A stretch of 64,000 nucleotides of DNA from contig NC_058383.1 of assembly GCF_018350175.1 (NCBI RefSeq), positions 30,816,001 to 30,880,000 on the forward strand, read 5' to 3'. Source of the DNA: Felis catus (lineage: Eukaryota). The stretch's first letter is position 1. Every line of letters begins with the position of its first letter. Below the pieces are notes generated by a model. That model saw only the letters and a program-made list of their open reading frames with translations. It did not search any database and was not told the origin of the DNA. Below, piece by piece: positions 37,761-51,130 of the stretch. The position numbers were made by a program, and so were the translations under genes.

Positions 37761-39610
37761 TCCTGAACTCAGGACGCTCTCCTCAAATTCACGACAGCCA
37801 GCCCCAGGACCTGGGATTCTTTCGGGAAAGTCGCATCATGTGCCCACCAGAGCCACTCAGAGGCGAGCTCAGCTCCTACCACTGTTTAGCCGAGTAATCG
37901 TGGCCAAGTCACTAGCTGTCCCTGGACCCCAGCTTCTCCAGCTGCACGATGCAGATATGGAGAATGCCAGACTCGGAGAATCGCTGCGTGACCGAGCGAG
38001 ATCATGCTTGTAAAGCAGAAACTGGGGGTGCTCCCAGTACCCAGCGGACACTCCACAGGCAATGAATTTCCTCTTTTAGAATGAAGCTCAACTCAGGTTC
38101 CCTCTGCCTCTACGTTTTTTTTTCAGCGACCTGGCATTATTTGGTCAAATTAAATATAGTCGACTACGCACCAGACTGACTCCATCCTGAGATCTATCCT
38201 GGAAGAACGCTCACGCAGGACCACAGGGGTCACACCCAGCGAGATTCACTGCTGCCTGGTTCTGGAGTCAGGGGCCACAGGGGAAGTGAGACGTGGCTGA
38301 CGCTCCCCCCAAGATACAATCACCACGTCCAGGAGCAAAGTGTAGGTAGAGGCAGCCCTGTGAATGGAGCTGAGATAGAGTGCTGAGTACGCCAAGTAAA
38401 GGAACAGAGACTCAGGCGCAACACCCGTGAAGGCAAATAAACAAACACAGCAACTGCAACACAGTCTAGAAGGAAACCGACATGTCTGCAGCCACAGCCA
38501 AACCCGCTGGAGCAGCCGCTGGCGGCAGGCAGGGAGGAGAGCGGGAGGCGGACGGGCTAAGAGAGGAGAAACACAGAGCTGGGGGCCTCCGGGTGACCAG
38601 CGGGGTCCGGTTACTGGAGCTGTAGAACAGCATTCACTTGCTTTTTTCTGTACCCGAGGTAAGGAGGAAACAGAAAGGACAGCGGCAGTATTTTCCTGCC
38701 CGCGCCCGTTTACGGCCAGGCCTTGCCTCCATCAGACCCCAAGTCCCCAGCAGGATCTGGGGTGCATGTGTGTTCTGCCCTGAAAAAGCTCCGAGTCTGA
38801 CGACGGCAGACACGGAGACCGAGCCGTGACAGTCCGGCTGGAGATTCGGAGTGCTCTCCCGTAGTTTATGTTCCAGCCTTGCCTGCGGGCCCCACGGGGC
38901 CCCGCTCTCCTCCTGCCCACAGTCCTCCATGCAGCCCTCAGGCAGAGATGGCACACAGAGCCGCTCCCTCGTGACAGACAGGCCGGTCCCCTCACGAGGC
39001 CCCAGACCATTTCACAGTCTGGTGGCTACAAGTGTGATGGTCGCACGGGGTCTGGTTTGGAGATTCTCGGAGGTTTCAAGAGCAGCGACAGCGGCATTAT
39101 GGGGGACCATCTCTGCCTTAATTGCAGCCTCTATGATGACTGTCAATTCTTAACTGCTCGTGCCACAGGCTGGGAGAGGCATAATGAAGGCAAAATCTCT
39201 CAATTCTCAGATCAGTTGGCCGCTGACTCAAACGCCTGGAGATCATGGTGCAGACCAAAGAAAATACAACTGCAAGCCATCCAGAAACAACAGGAAAAAA
39301 ATCGATAGGTCATCAAAAAGAGACCCCTGCAAGGCTGGTTCCATGGCCCCCACCCTGCTGGCGGCCATCAAGCTGGGCTTTTGAGAGGGGCTGGTTCCAG
39401 GCTTCTGCAGGCCGAGCGCCTTTCTGGAGAAAGGCTCCAGACCCCCTGGGAAGGGCTGGGGCCTGGCTCACCCACCGCAGCAGGCCTGGGGCTGTAACAG
39501 GGCCCTTGACCGTAACTGCTATAGACTGGACAGCAAGCACACCCACCTGAGGCCAGGTGTTCAGAATATGGCATTGCATTAACCCTCAAAAACACACTTC
39601 TGTGGTTGGC

Positions 39611-39635
39611 GGGGGGGGGGGGGGGGGGGGGGGGG
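39611..39635 (+). repeat. Poly-G run (25 nt)
   Basis: Direct read. Confidence 0.9.
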
Positions 39636-39899
39636 AGGGTGTCTCTATTTTAGGGCACTGAGACAGAGAGAGGAATTAACTTGTCTATGCTCATGCTAGA
39701 ATGGTCCTTCCAACTTCCAGGCCCAGCCACTCTTCTGTCCCACACCATCCCCTTTCTCCAGAGGGGAAGTTTCCAAAAATTCCATTCAGTTCACAAAGCC
39801 TGTGCACTGGGTTTGCTACCAAGCTGGGCACTGGAGGGGTGGGAGAGGTAGAGGGCAACAGCCTTACCTTTGAGGACATTTGAGTTTCATGCAAACCTG

Positions 39900-40788
39900 A
39901 ACTGTGTTTCTCCACGATGCTTCTGATACCATATGGGGAGGGGTTTTTCCTCTTTTTTTTTTTTTTCCACACCAGCAATCAATTCTCCAGCTTTCCAGAC
40001 ACTAACTGGTTGTCTAATGATTCAACTCCCTTCTGACGCTAACGGCCTGAAGTCTGCGTGGGACCACACGGGTTAAGGGCTCTGTCCCGAGTCTGCCTTC
40101 ACTTCTGATGCCAATCCCAAGTCCCAGGCTCCCGTACTTCTGACCAACTGGCTACACATCAAGGATTCCCATAATTCATTCCTCGGGTTCAATAATTAGC
40201 TATAATGGCTCACAGAACTCAGGAAACCAATTTACTTAACATCACCCGTTTATTATAAAGCATACAGCTCAAAAACAGCCAAACGGGAGAGAAGCATAAG
40301 GCAAGGTACTGATGAGGAGGAGAGGTGTGGACTGTCCCTGCGTCCCCTGGGGGCACCACCCTCCCAGGTCCTCAATGTGTTCACCCACGTGAAGATCTCC
40401 CAACCTCACAGTTTAGGATTTTTAGGGAGATTCCAGTGCATGGGCACAACTGATTAAATCACCGACCGTTGGGGAATGGCTTAATCTCCAGCCTTCTCCC
40501 TCCTCAGAGGTCAGGGGTCGGGGCTGAACGTTCTAACCCTCTAATCATGTCTTGGCCCTTCTGGAGGCCAGCCCCATTCCGCAGGCTTCTAGGGGTCCCA
40601 GCCACCACTCATCTCATTAGCCTCAGGAGATCCCCATGGTCTTAGAAGCTCTTGGGTCAGGACCCAAGACTGAGTCCAACACTGTATCAAAAGATTCTCC
40701 CCTCACCCCATCAGAAAATTTGAAGGATTTTAGGAGCCCTGTGCCAGGAACCAGGGACAAAGACTAAACATATATATCACAATATCAA
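39900..40788 (-). mobile_element. MER21-like ERVL-class LTR, near full length
   Basis: Minus strand starts TGATATTGTGATATATATGTTTAGTCTTTGTCCCTGGTTCCTGGCACAGGGCTCCTAAAA, contains CTTTATAATAAAC...CCTGAGTTCTGTGAGCC and ends near TGGTATCAGAAG. Confidence 0.82.
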
Positions 40789-41493
40789 AAAAACCAAATG
40801 GGGAAGATAAAGCAGGAAGGATAAAGGGATTATTTTCGAGTTTTACTTGGGAGTTTTATTTACCCTGGACAAGGACCCTGGAGTTTTCTTTTAAGAAGTA
40901 AAAATGAAATCAGAGTCAGATACGGACTCAACCTAGCTAGTCAAGACACGCCCCAGCTGGAGGTCTTCGCTCCTTTCTCTGTAAGAGAGTGGCAGCTGTC
41001 ATCGTGCCCGACTCAACCAACATGATGTGCCAAGCAGGTGCTAGGAGCTGGGGCACACCAGTGCATGAGACTGTAGCGTAGGAAGCTGGTACACACAAAA
41101 TACCTCTCTGCTCTATACGCTCTGCAGGGAGTTTGGGGTCAGGAGAGCAGCTCTAGCCAATGGGCAGCAAGCAGAAGGGACATACACCGGCTGGTGGGGT
41201 CCGAGGTCAGGGATGCCGTGTCTCTCCCGTTTCTCTGTCGGGCATGCTGCAGAGACCTGGGGGCACTGCGGCCCCTTCCTCTTGCTTCTCTCAAACCTCC
41301 TCCAAAAGACGCTCCCCTCCAACCTCAAATAACCTGCTAATGCCAAGACAGCCACTGCCAACCCCACTGCCAGAGGGGACCACCGAGGCACAGACCTGCC
41401 TGACAGCCAAGACTGAATGCGGGCTCCTCGACCTCGTCCCTTGAAACCAAAGGGACTTGTGACGTTCAGGAGTCTTCTAAGGAGGTCCCTGCA

Positions 41494-41599
41494 GGGGCAC
41501 CTGGCTGGCTCAGTCGGTGGGGCGTGTGACTCTTGATCTCGGGGTAGTGAGCTCGAGCCCCACGATGGGTGTAGAGATCACTTTACAAAAATCATTTCC
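41494..41599 (+). mobile_element. Short tRNA-derived Can-SINE (old type)
   Basis: A-box tggctcagtcgg, B-box-like gagctcgagccc, ggtgtagagatcactt; 15-bp TSD aaggaggt(c/t)cctgca. Confidence 0.88.
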
Positions 41600-43607
41600 A
41601 AGGAGGTTCCTGCAGAGCTCCCTAGAAGTGTCCTGGGTGGGGGCTTTAACTGGGAGATGAGGGGAGGGTCTAATTCAACAAAGCAGCTACCCTTCCTCTG
41701 TTTAAACTACTGGAGGTGGGGACAAGAGCAGCCATTTACTGAGAGCTGATTGGGTGTGAGGCTCGGTGTTAACACAGTTTTTCCACTTGTTTAATCCTAC
41801 CTTTGGTGGTGGACACTATTATTAAACCCATTTTACAGATGAGGAAATTGAGGAAACCCCATTTTACATTGAGGTGAAAACCTTGTCTAAGGTCAAACAT
41901 CCTTTCAACGACAGGAACCGCAAGTCAAACCCGGGCCCCTCTGACTTCAGAATCCACGTATCTAACCATGCCCTCTGGTCCCGTGAGGGTGCCAATGTCA
42001 AAACTAAGGGAGTTAAAAATGAAACAGTGGCGCCCACACCACCTCTTACAGAAGAGGAACTGAAAGCCCAGCGTGGTTTTTCCTCCCAATCCGCAGCCTG
42101 GAACTCCTTGCACGAGATCACACTGAATACATCTCAGGTGCTGAGTCAGCGGATGTCCAAGGAGCCACTCTACGAAAAGAACTTTTACTGCAGTCAGCAA
42201 GCGAGTAGGTGATGCAAACCAACTTAGAACAATTCAAGCTATTTAATGAAAAGAGGCAAACCTCAAAGCTGGGCCCAGTGATATTCCAAGTCTACTCAGG
42301 GCCCTTGTATAAACCACTTGCTGACCACAAACGTCAGACAACAAGGTCAACAAGGAACAAACTCAAAGTCTGGGGTTGAAAGTCGTTGCGGCAGCTAGCC
42401 CTACCCTAGCTAATTCGTGCGGAGAAATGGAGGAGGCAGAGGGCTCGATTCTACACTGGTCATTGCCCACACCTGGGACAACGGGGCCAAGTGTCACCTG
42501 CTCTGCGCAGTAAAGATTCTTCTCTGACTGCAAACAGCAGCTATCATCTACTGAGGGCTTGCTCTGTGCCATACGCTGTGCTCAACTCCGTGATTTGCTG
42601 GTAAAGAAACTGAGCTGGTGGTGGTTAGACCACCCGGGTTGGAATCCCGAGTCTACCACTTACTGGATCTGTAGCCTTGGAAGAGGTGCTTGGTTTTATC
42701 ATCTTTAAAAGAGGGATAACAACAGTAGCCGCAGTGCCTGCACAGAGTAAGTGCTCCGTCTGTGTTATTACCATCGCTGTTATCACTTTGCCAGGGCATT
42801 TCTATCTCAAAATAACACGTGGGTTTAGTACAATCATCATCTCTACTAGCTGACGAGCGCATGAGACGTGGCGTTCACTATTTCACAGCTTTGTCAGACA
42901 AAAGAATACAAAACTGAAGATTAGAAGGAAAAGACATGTGTTGCATGAAGGAGAAGCTTCAGGAGCGGCACCCGAGGAAGGCGGAATGCGGTTTCAGTGA
43001 ATGCACTGTTTGTTTGGGGACGGAAGTGGGCGATGGTGTGGAATCAGCCTAGGCTGTCTGGGCAGGGAGATCCCACCTCCCCAGCTAAGCCTTCACTACC
43101 TCCATTCACTGACCAGAGTTGACATTCCCAAACCCACCCTACTTTAAATCCCTAATGTGCTGCCTTTGGTAAATAGAAGATTCCACAATCTCACTTCTGT
43201 ATCCTAAGATGCCACAGACCTCAGGGATTTCTCTTCATGTCTTCTTTTATGGAGGAAGCAAATGGACAAGAGCCTTTTAAACCCTGGATCCAGTGCCTCC
43301 ATATCCCTTTAGGTGCCTTTACTGAAGCCTCGATTTTAAGATATTATGACCGACAGTTTCTTCTTTTTGCCTGCCCAGCAGCCATCCCCTCCATGCCACT
43401 GGTAAGAGCACTGTAACAATCCTCTCAAAGATCTCCTACTCCCTATTCTCAGTCCACGTGGTGGGGGAGAGGCTGCCCCCCCCACTGCTGCCGCTCCCCA
43501 TCTGTAGAAGCAGACATGACACCTGAGTCAGGTCCAGCTACTGGAATGTTCCATACCTCTGGCCACAGAGATTGATTCAAGAATGCACATATGAGCCAAG
43601 GAACCAC

Positions 43608-45335
43608 AAAACTCAGACTCTAAAAACTACAAAACATTGCTGAATGACTTAAAGATGACCTAAATAAATGGAAAAACATCCCACCTTGTTATAAAAATCA
43701 CATCCCTCAAATTGATCACAGATTCAATGTAATGTCCTACCAAAATCTCAGTTGCTGTTTTTTTTTTAAACAGTCTTTATAAGCTTATCCTAAAATTCAT
43801 AGGGAAATTTAAGGGACCCAGAGTAGCCAAGCTAATCTTGGAAAAAGAACAAAGGTGGAGGGCTCACTTCTCAACTCCAAACCTACTACAGAGGCTCTAG
43901 TCATTAAGACACGATGGTGCTGAGGTAAGGATAGAGATTTAGATCAATGGAAAATAACTTCACATCCAGAAATAAGCTCTCACATTCATGGCCAACAACT
44001 GATTTTCCACAAGAATGCCAGGACAATGCAGTGGGGGAAAGAATGGTCTTTTCAACAAACAGTCCTGTGACATGTGGATATCCACATGTAAAAGTAAACT
44101 TGGACCTCTTCCTTGATAACATACAGAAAATACCTCCAAATGAGTCCCAGAACTAAATCGAAACATTGAAACTGTAAAGCTATTAGAAGAAAACAGGAAT
44201 AAATTGTAGTGACCCTGTTTTAGGCAAAGCTTTCTTAATAGACATCAGAAAGCCTAAGGAACAAAAGAAAAAATACGTACATTAGATTTCATCAGTATTA
44301 ATGAAACCTTAGGTTCTGCAAAGTACATCATCAAGAAAGGAGAAGACAACTCACAGAATGAGAAAAAATATTTGTTTTTTTTTTGTTTTTTTTTAATTTT
44401 TTAACCTTTATTGATTTTTGAGACAGAGAGAAAGAGAGAGCATGAATGGGGGAGGTTCAGAGAGAGAGGGAGACACAGAATCTGAAACAGGCTCCAGGCT
44501 CTGAGCTGTCAGCACAGAGCCCGACACGCGGCTCGAACTCACGGACTGTGAGGTCATGACCTGAGCCAAAGTTGGACACTCAACCGACTGAGGTACCCAG
44601 GTGCCCCAATATTTGTTAATCATATACCGGATAAGGGACTTGTATCCAGAATAGACAAAAACCGCTTACAACTCAACAATAAAAACACAACCCAATTTTA
44701 AAACGGGCAAAGGATTTGAATAGATATTTCCCCAAAGATATACAAGTGGCCAATAAACACACAAAAAGATGTTCCATCAGTATCATTTGTCAATAGGGAA
44801 ACACAAATGAAAACCACCATGTGACATCACTTCATACACACACACACACACCACACAGTAACAACCAATGATAAGAATGTGACAAACTTAGAATCCTCAT
44901 ACCTTGCTGATGGCAATATAAAATGGTGCAGCTACTTTGGAAAACAGAGTACTTCAAAATGCTTAATACAGGGTTACCACATGACCGTACTTCACTCCTA
45001 CGTGGAATAAAATCAACAGAAGAACGAAATTAAAGGAAAAGAGAAGCGTGTGTCCACGCAGAAGAGTGCACACGAATGTCCATGTTAAAGAATCAGTAAC
45101 AGTCAAAACACGGAAACAACCTAAATGCCCATCAACAGACCACTGGATAAATATGTGGTCTACCTGTATAATGGAATAGTACTTGGCAGTAAAAAGAAAC
45201 ACACTTCTGATGCATACTGCAACATGGACAAAACAGTATGCTTTTGCGAGGTCACATAAGACGAGCTTATGAATCCATTTACATGAAATTTTCAGAATAG
45301 GTCAATCTGTAGATACAAAAAGTAGATTATGGCTG
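43608..45335 (+). mobile_element. 5'-truncated L1 (ORF2 C-terminus plus 3' UTR, L1M-type), interrupted by a SINE
   Basis: aaaactacaaaacattgctga, cctaaataaatggaaa, cagattcaatg, aatggtcttttcaacaaa, aaatggtgcagctactttggaaaacag, aacaacctaaatgcccatcaac. Confidence 0.92.
44377..44607 (-). mobile_element. Can-SINE (SINEC_Fc-like) inside L1
   Basis: Full body; TSD aatatttgtt. Confidence 0.95.
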
Positions 45336-46149
45336 TTTAAAACAACAACAAGAGGGCACACAGCCCAGGCAGACCAGTGAATCTACTCCTAGACTCTGCT
45401 GGAACCACCAGGAAAGGCAGTGCTTTCTTCCTGAGCTGCCGGTGGGGTGATATAAACCTGGAACTGCCAGAGGCTCTATCTTGGAGAGATCCTGTCTGAG
45501 AAAGAAGCCCGAAGAGAGGAAAACAAAGGAGAATGGGAAGGAGAGAGAGATCAGGTTCTGACAAGATCACGTGGGCCCTGGAGCCAGCTATGCCTGAAGC
45601 TGCAATGCATTCCTGGTCTTTTCAATCACGTAAATCAAGTTCCTCCCAGGATTTCAGTGTGGGAGGATGTTAGCTCAGTTCCTCACTGAAACTGTGATTC
45701 CTCCTTGGCATCCTCCACTCACTGTTCAGGTCACACCCCCCCTCTTCACAGGACTTCCCACCCTGGAGCCCCCCTGCCCCATACTTTACCTTTCCCAGGG
45801 CACAGGCTTTTCTGAAAGTCCTCTCCCTCCTGCTGGCCGTGGCCTCCCATCCACCTCACAGAACCTCCTTTTCAGTCAGAGACACTTTCCCCACCTGGAA
45901 CGCACCTGGAGCAGGGCTCTATAACTCAAATGCTTAAAAATAAATGCGAGCTGTGTTATTTCCAACAAGTTTTCCCACCCTATTAATTATTTATCTAGCA
46001 CCTGCTTCACAAAAAAAGAACCTGGCAGAGAAGGAATAGGGAGAAGAGTCTGGAAAGAGCAAGGCAGCCAAAAACAGCAGAGGTGCCCTAGCTGGGAGTC
46101 ACATGATGTGGGGGAGAGAGGGGTTCCCAGGGAGGGTCACCAGCAAGGT

Positions 46150-46790
46150 TCTCTGTGTGGCCTTGTGAAGCCTACCAGCTCCTAATCAGAACTGTGTTTT
46201 GTTCTGTGTTTTTTAAATGTTTTTATTTAGTTTTGAGACAGAGAGAGACAGAGCATGAGCAGGGGAGGGGCAGAGAGAGGGGGAGACACAGAATCCGAAG
46301 CAGCCTCCAGGCTCTGAGCTGTCGTCACAGGGCCCGACGCGGGGCTTGAACTCACGGAGTGAGATCATGACCTGAGCCGAAGTCGGACGCTCAACCAACT
46401 GAGCCACCCGGGCGCCCCCAGAACTGTTTTTAAATGCACGAAACAAGGTCACACAGGTTTAGACAGACAAGCACTTATAAAATGTTGATAAAGCAACACA
46501 AGAACTTCTTTGCTGAGGCCTTGGATAACAAGATGCAGGGGCAGGTCTTATCACCACTGTAACTTCAAGGTAGCAGTGAGCTTTGAGGATATTTGGGGCC
46601 ATCTATGGCGACTGTCGTGTGATATGAAAATATGTAAGACTGATTTCTACCGCAGATAAAGCCACAGGTATTAGGGGTACTCTTACGGTTTGTGGCCCGA
46701 GTTCATGTTTTAATTAGATGTTAGGGAAAATAAAAGTGTGATTCTTGTCTGAGGATTTGTCTGAGGATAAATGCTCAGACCCTAGAATAA
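46150..46790 (+). mobile_element. Charlie4-like hAT DNA transposon split by a SINE
   Basis: gtgaagccta...tcagaactgtttttaaatgca; atttctaccgcagataaagccacaggtatt...ggtttgtggcc; aattagatgttagggaaaataaaa. Confidence 0.65.
46209..46418 (-). mobile_element. Can-SINE (SINEC_Fc-like, young)
   Basis: CpG-retaining body, ends gagccacccgggcgcccc; flanking agaactgt duplicated. Confidence 0.95.
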
Positions 46791-47419
46791 GAACTCGTGG
46801 GCTGGATCAGGCTGAGCCCCCAAGCAGGCCTCTCTGGAACGGTGCACTGCCCATGTGGGGAGGCGAGGCGTTAACAGGGAAGTGTGGCTGAGAGAGCCCT
46901 GTTACCACCAACTGTGGCTTCTGAGCACTTGGTGTGGACCAGGATGTGTTCTTGGCCTGTCCCCTGAACTTCCTCACTGAAGCCTCACAACAGCCTCGAG
47001 CAGGAGCCACCAGAATTCTGTGTAAGTTATATTCACATAAGAGGGCACCAAGGCGCAGAGACATGACAGGCTGATATACCCTGGTGTCGGGATTCAAGCC
47101 CAAATACTCTGACCCCAGGACCCATACCCTTCTCCATTGCCTCTCACTCCCTGCTCTCCCACCCTCACTAGCATTCCCAAGAGGTAAAAGCCCAGAGGAG
47201 ACAAAGAAAAGCTGAGTCGCACTTAATTTTGAGCTAGAGGCCTCTGTTCCAAGCCTTGCATATCTGTGTGGAACATGTGTTCTGCCTGGGTCAGAGGCAG
47301 TCCTGAGCCCAGAGACAAAGCCGACTCTGAGTGTGCACCAAGAACACCTTTCCATTCCAGCAAGACGAAAGGCCGTATGAGCCAGGCAGAGAGAGAGCGT
47401 GTGTCTGGCCCGACGTCCA

Positions 47420-47730
47420 GGGTGGAGCTGCATGCAGGCCTCCTTTTGCCTGGAACACACTTCCCAGGTTGTTTGCTAGCCAAACACCGCACAGCCTCTA
47501 CATTTCAGTTTAAATGTCCCTACCTGGATTCCTTCACTACATCAGGTCTTCTGTGTTACATACAGCTTCCTGCAGTATTCCTGCATAGAAACTTGGCACC
47601 ATTTGAAGGTTTATTTGTTTAATGGTTGTCTCTGCTAAACCAGAAGTTCCAAGAGGGCAGGACCCATATCTGTCTTCCCCACCATCTTAAACACAACTGT
47701 GCAAACTGAATAAATATGGGTGAATATCAT
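47420..47730 (+). mobile_element. L2 3' fragment
   Basis: tgcctggaacacacttccc...ctaaaccagaagttccaagagggcaggaccc. Confidence 0.6.
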
Positions 47731-48039
47731 ACAGGAAGAAAAGAAAAGAAAGCAACAAGACACTAGGCGAGCTGGCTGCTGGGAGCTTCCTGTTCCAAGC
47801 CGGGAGGCTGAGATTGGACACGGGCACATCCTGATGTACCAATTAAACACAGGGTGACTCTGCCCACTGACAGGTGTGGCTCAAAGCCTGATGACCCGAT
47901 GACGTGAACAGCAATCTTCACCCCTTGAGGCGATCGAGGTGAGCAGGACAGGAAGGAGATGGTCAAGTGTGCTCTCCAAGGGTCCAGGTATAAACACAGA
48001 AATAACATGGAACAGTGCTTCTTTAACTTCTGGGTACAC

Positions 48040-48578
48040 ACAACTCACCTGCATGTTAAACATGCAGATTCCAACTCAGTAGGATGGAGGTAGGGCCTGA
48101 GATTCTGCATTCCTAAAACACTCTCAGGGGAGACTGATGCAGCCCATCCGAATACAAGATCTGTAAAAGCTTTCTTGGAGGTCCTAACTGATACTGTTAA
48201 CCTCAAGCCAGATTACCAATTCGTACAAATATCCACCCCTGTGTTCTTTGTTCCTTTGCCTAAGAGCACAAGATGGAGAGCGAATGAGCCTGCGGAGATA
48301 ATAAGTGGAGATAATCAGAGCTCCAGTCCTGGCTCTCTGAACACCTCACCATGCAATCCCAGGCAAGTCATTTCCACCTCCTGGGCCTCTGGTCCACGTC
48401 CCCACTCATTGGTCTGCAGACTAGCTGTGCCAGCATTATCCAAGAATTTTTTTAAAATACAGACTCCAGGGCTTCACCCATAGAGTTTCTAGTTCACCAC
48501 ATCTGGGGTGTGGTCTGAGCATCTCCATTTGTTTAAACCCTATGACTCAGATCTGCATCCAGAGTGGGAAACCAAGAG
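48040..48578. mobile_element. Two MER5-family MITE fragments (about 48040-48150 and 48395-48578)
   Basis: atgcagattcc...cagtagg...gggcctgagattctgcattcctaa; aaatacagactccagggc...tctggggtgtggtctgagcatctccattt. Confidence 0.65.
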
Positions 48579-49339
48579 ACAAAACGCAGCTGAGGTGGAA
48601 CTGTCCGTGGTGCTGACCGGTGACTTGTAATGTGGCCTAAATACAGACTTAGGGGATCTGGGAGGAGATAATTTACCACATTGTTTGAGAATCCGGAAAA
48701 GATGCTGACATTTTTGCTCTGTTTAGGTACTGGCATTATTGGCATATCCATCAGTCACCTGTAGCACAGCAGTGAAGCCTAACCCATTGGAAAAGGGAAA
48801 ACAGTTATGTCCAATTATTTCCAAAATCAATGCATCTGGGGCATCTGCAACAGTCCCCGAAGCCAGAGTGAAAGGCTTGATTTACAGCTCTCCAGACTTG
48901 CTTGCACACTAATGGTATGATTGAGGGGGAAGGCCCCACATAGCAAAACCATTTCTTATTTGTTGCTCTAGTTTGAAGAATGCCTACACGAAATTCCAGT
49001 TCGTGCGTTCTATGGGGATTTCCTGCCATGGGAGGGAGGAATGAACAGAGGGAGAAGTGGGGGGGGGGGTAGATAAAAGGTGGAAATGAAGATTAAGCAG
49101 AATGCCAGGTCTTCCTGGCTAGCTCATTTTTCTAGCTTCCCACAAAGATTTATGCACCTGTCCAAAACACACTACAGATCCATTACCCAGCACAAAGAGC
49201 CACTTCCAGCGTCAAGCAGAAGGTCAGGCACAAATGATGGTTCAGTGCTAGCTGAAAACCCACCATCTCTCTATCTTTACCCTTGTCTTACAGAAGGAGC
49301 TGAGTAATTTTACTTTGGTTGGCAGCAGTGAGGACAAAA

Positions 49340-49495
49340 AATATTATATATATATATTATTTAATATATATTATATAAAACATTATATATATACATATGT
49401 TATATGTATACAGCAATATATAATTGTTGTAGCAAACAATGAGCCCTAAATGCAATAGACAGATAGATAAGATAGATAGATAAGTAGATAGATAA
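49340..49495. repeat. (TA)n-rich tract followed by (GATA)n microsatellite
   Basis: tattatatatatatattat...; agatagataagatagatagataagtagatagata. Confidence 0.9.
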
Positions 49496-50084
49496 GCCCT
49501 AGATGCGACCAGGCCCTTATTTAGCTTCCTGCCGTCTTATCAGTGGCTGGCACACAGTAGGTGTTCAAGAAGGAAGGAAGATTTCCTGAATGGAGATATG
49601 AGTGAATGATGTTCCTCTTGGTATGTTTGTAGCCCTCTGGGGATTTCTCTGGGCTATTCTCTCCTACTGACATTTATGCTGCTTTCCAAGTGAGCGTTTC
49701 TAAAAAATGCAAAACCATTTTTTAAAACCAAGTAATTTGCTTTCAGGATAAAAATCCAAACTCCTCAGCTGAGCATGCAAGGTAACTGCTGCTGCCTAGC
49801 TCTTTGGAGTGGTCCCTTCACATGCCACACAGTGTCACGTACATCTGGTACATGTAGTACCTGCCATTTGCTCAGGAGGCATCATGGGCCTGAGGGGGTA
49901 GCTGCTCCATAAACTCTGCCCCCCAAACTGTGGTCTCCTTTGCCTGGAGTTCCCCATGTCACTCAACAGCTGGATCCTGTTCACCCTTCAAGGCTTAATT
50001 CAGGTATTACCTCCACCCTGAAGTTTCTCTGTGTCTCTCCTTTCCTTCTCCTTCCACCCTCTTGGCCCCCACTCCCACCCCAGG

Positions 50085-50704
50085 AGGGCTCCTCTGGTTT
50101 CTCCTACTCAGCACCCATGTCTTTTTCTCCTGGTGGCAGCACTATCATCTTACCCTGGGCAATCAATGTTTCTCACTCTCAAACCATGGCTTTGGGATGG
50201 GACTGATTCCGCCCCTTGACCCAGGGCTCAGCACATGACCTGGCCCACCACAATCATTATTATTGGTGTTAAGATAGGCATAGGACTCAAGCTGAGCCAG
50301 TGAGCATTGGCACTGAGACTGGAACTGTTGGGAAAGAGATTTACTCTTTCTGCCAGGGCTACCACAGTAGTATGAAAGAAGTCAAGAGGTATGTGACCAT
50401 TTCTGCTATGAAAGGGATGCCTGCCTGCCTGCCTGCCTGAGAACACAGCCAGCTCACGGAAAAAGGCAAGTAGAGAGAGAAAGAGACAGGGAGACATGTA
50501 AGAAGCAAGAGAGTAAGTAAGCAAAGGCAAAAGCGAGTGGCTGAGCTAATTACATCATATGAGGTCATGGAACTCCTGGGTCCAGCCATTCCTGAAGTGA
50601 GACCTAAACTTCCCAGTTACACAAGACAATCCTCTTTTTAGAGTAAAATAGTTTGATTTTTACTGGTTTTTATAGTTGCAGCAGAAAGCATCGTAGATGA
50701 TACA
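50085..50704 (+). mobile_element. MLT1K/L-like LTR within an L2 relic
   Basis: gcacatgacctggccc, ctgcctgagaa, cctgggtccagccattcctgaag, cccagttacac, ends gatgataca; L2 motifs on both flanks. Confidence 0.7.
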
Positions 50705-50900
50705 CTGTTCCCTGTGCTCCCACAGAATCCTGATTTAATCTCCCCCAAAGCACCTACTGGGAGGTGATCTACCAATTGCCCCACTGGACTGTGAGCTCCC
50801 AGAGGGCAAGAAACATTTCATTTGCTTCAGTAGCCCCAAGACTTCATGTATCATAAATACCCCAAAGGAATTTTTAAATTAAAAAACAAAAATTAAAGGT

Positions 50901-51130
50901 GGGGTGCCTGGGTGGCTCAGTCGGTTGAGCGTCTGATTTCGGCTCAGGTCATGATCTCACAGCTCGTGAGTTTGAGCCCCACGCTGGGCTCTGGGCTGAC
51001 AGCTCAGAGCTTGGAGTCTGATTCAGATTCTGTGTCTCCCTCTCTCTCTGCCCTTCTCTGCACCTGCTCTGTTTCTCTGTCTCTCTCTTTCTCTAAAAAA
51101 ATTAATAAACATTAAAAAAATTAAAAAAAT
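50901..51130 (+). mobile_element. Can-SINE (SINEC_Fc-like)
   Basis: ggggtgcctgggtggctcagtcggttgagcgtctga...; TSD aaattaa(a/g)ggt. Confidence 0.95.

Larger units (their letters stand above)
43355..45650 (+). mobile_element. MLT1K-like LTR split by an L1 (pieces about 43355-43607 and 45352-45650)
   Basis: 5' part ctggccacagagattgattcaag...catatgagccaag; 3' part ccctggagccagctatgcctgaagc...ttttcaatcacgt. Confidence 0.65.

Noticed and set aside
41494..41570. tRNA-like sequence with A and B boxes
   Set aside because: Has a SINE 3' extension and a 15-bp TSD, so it is a tRNA-derived SINE rather than a tRNA gene.
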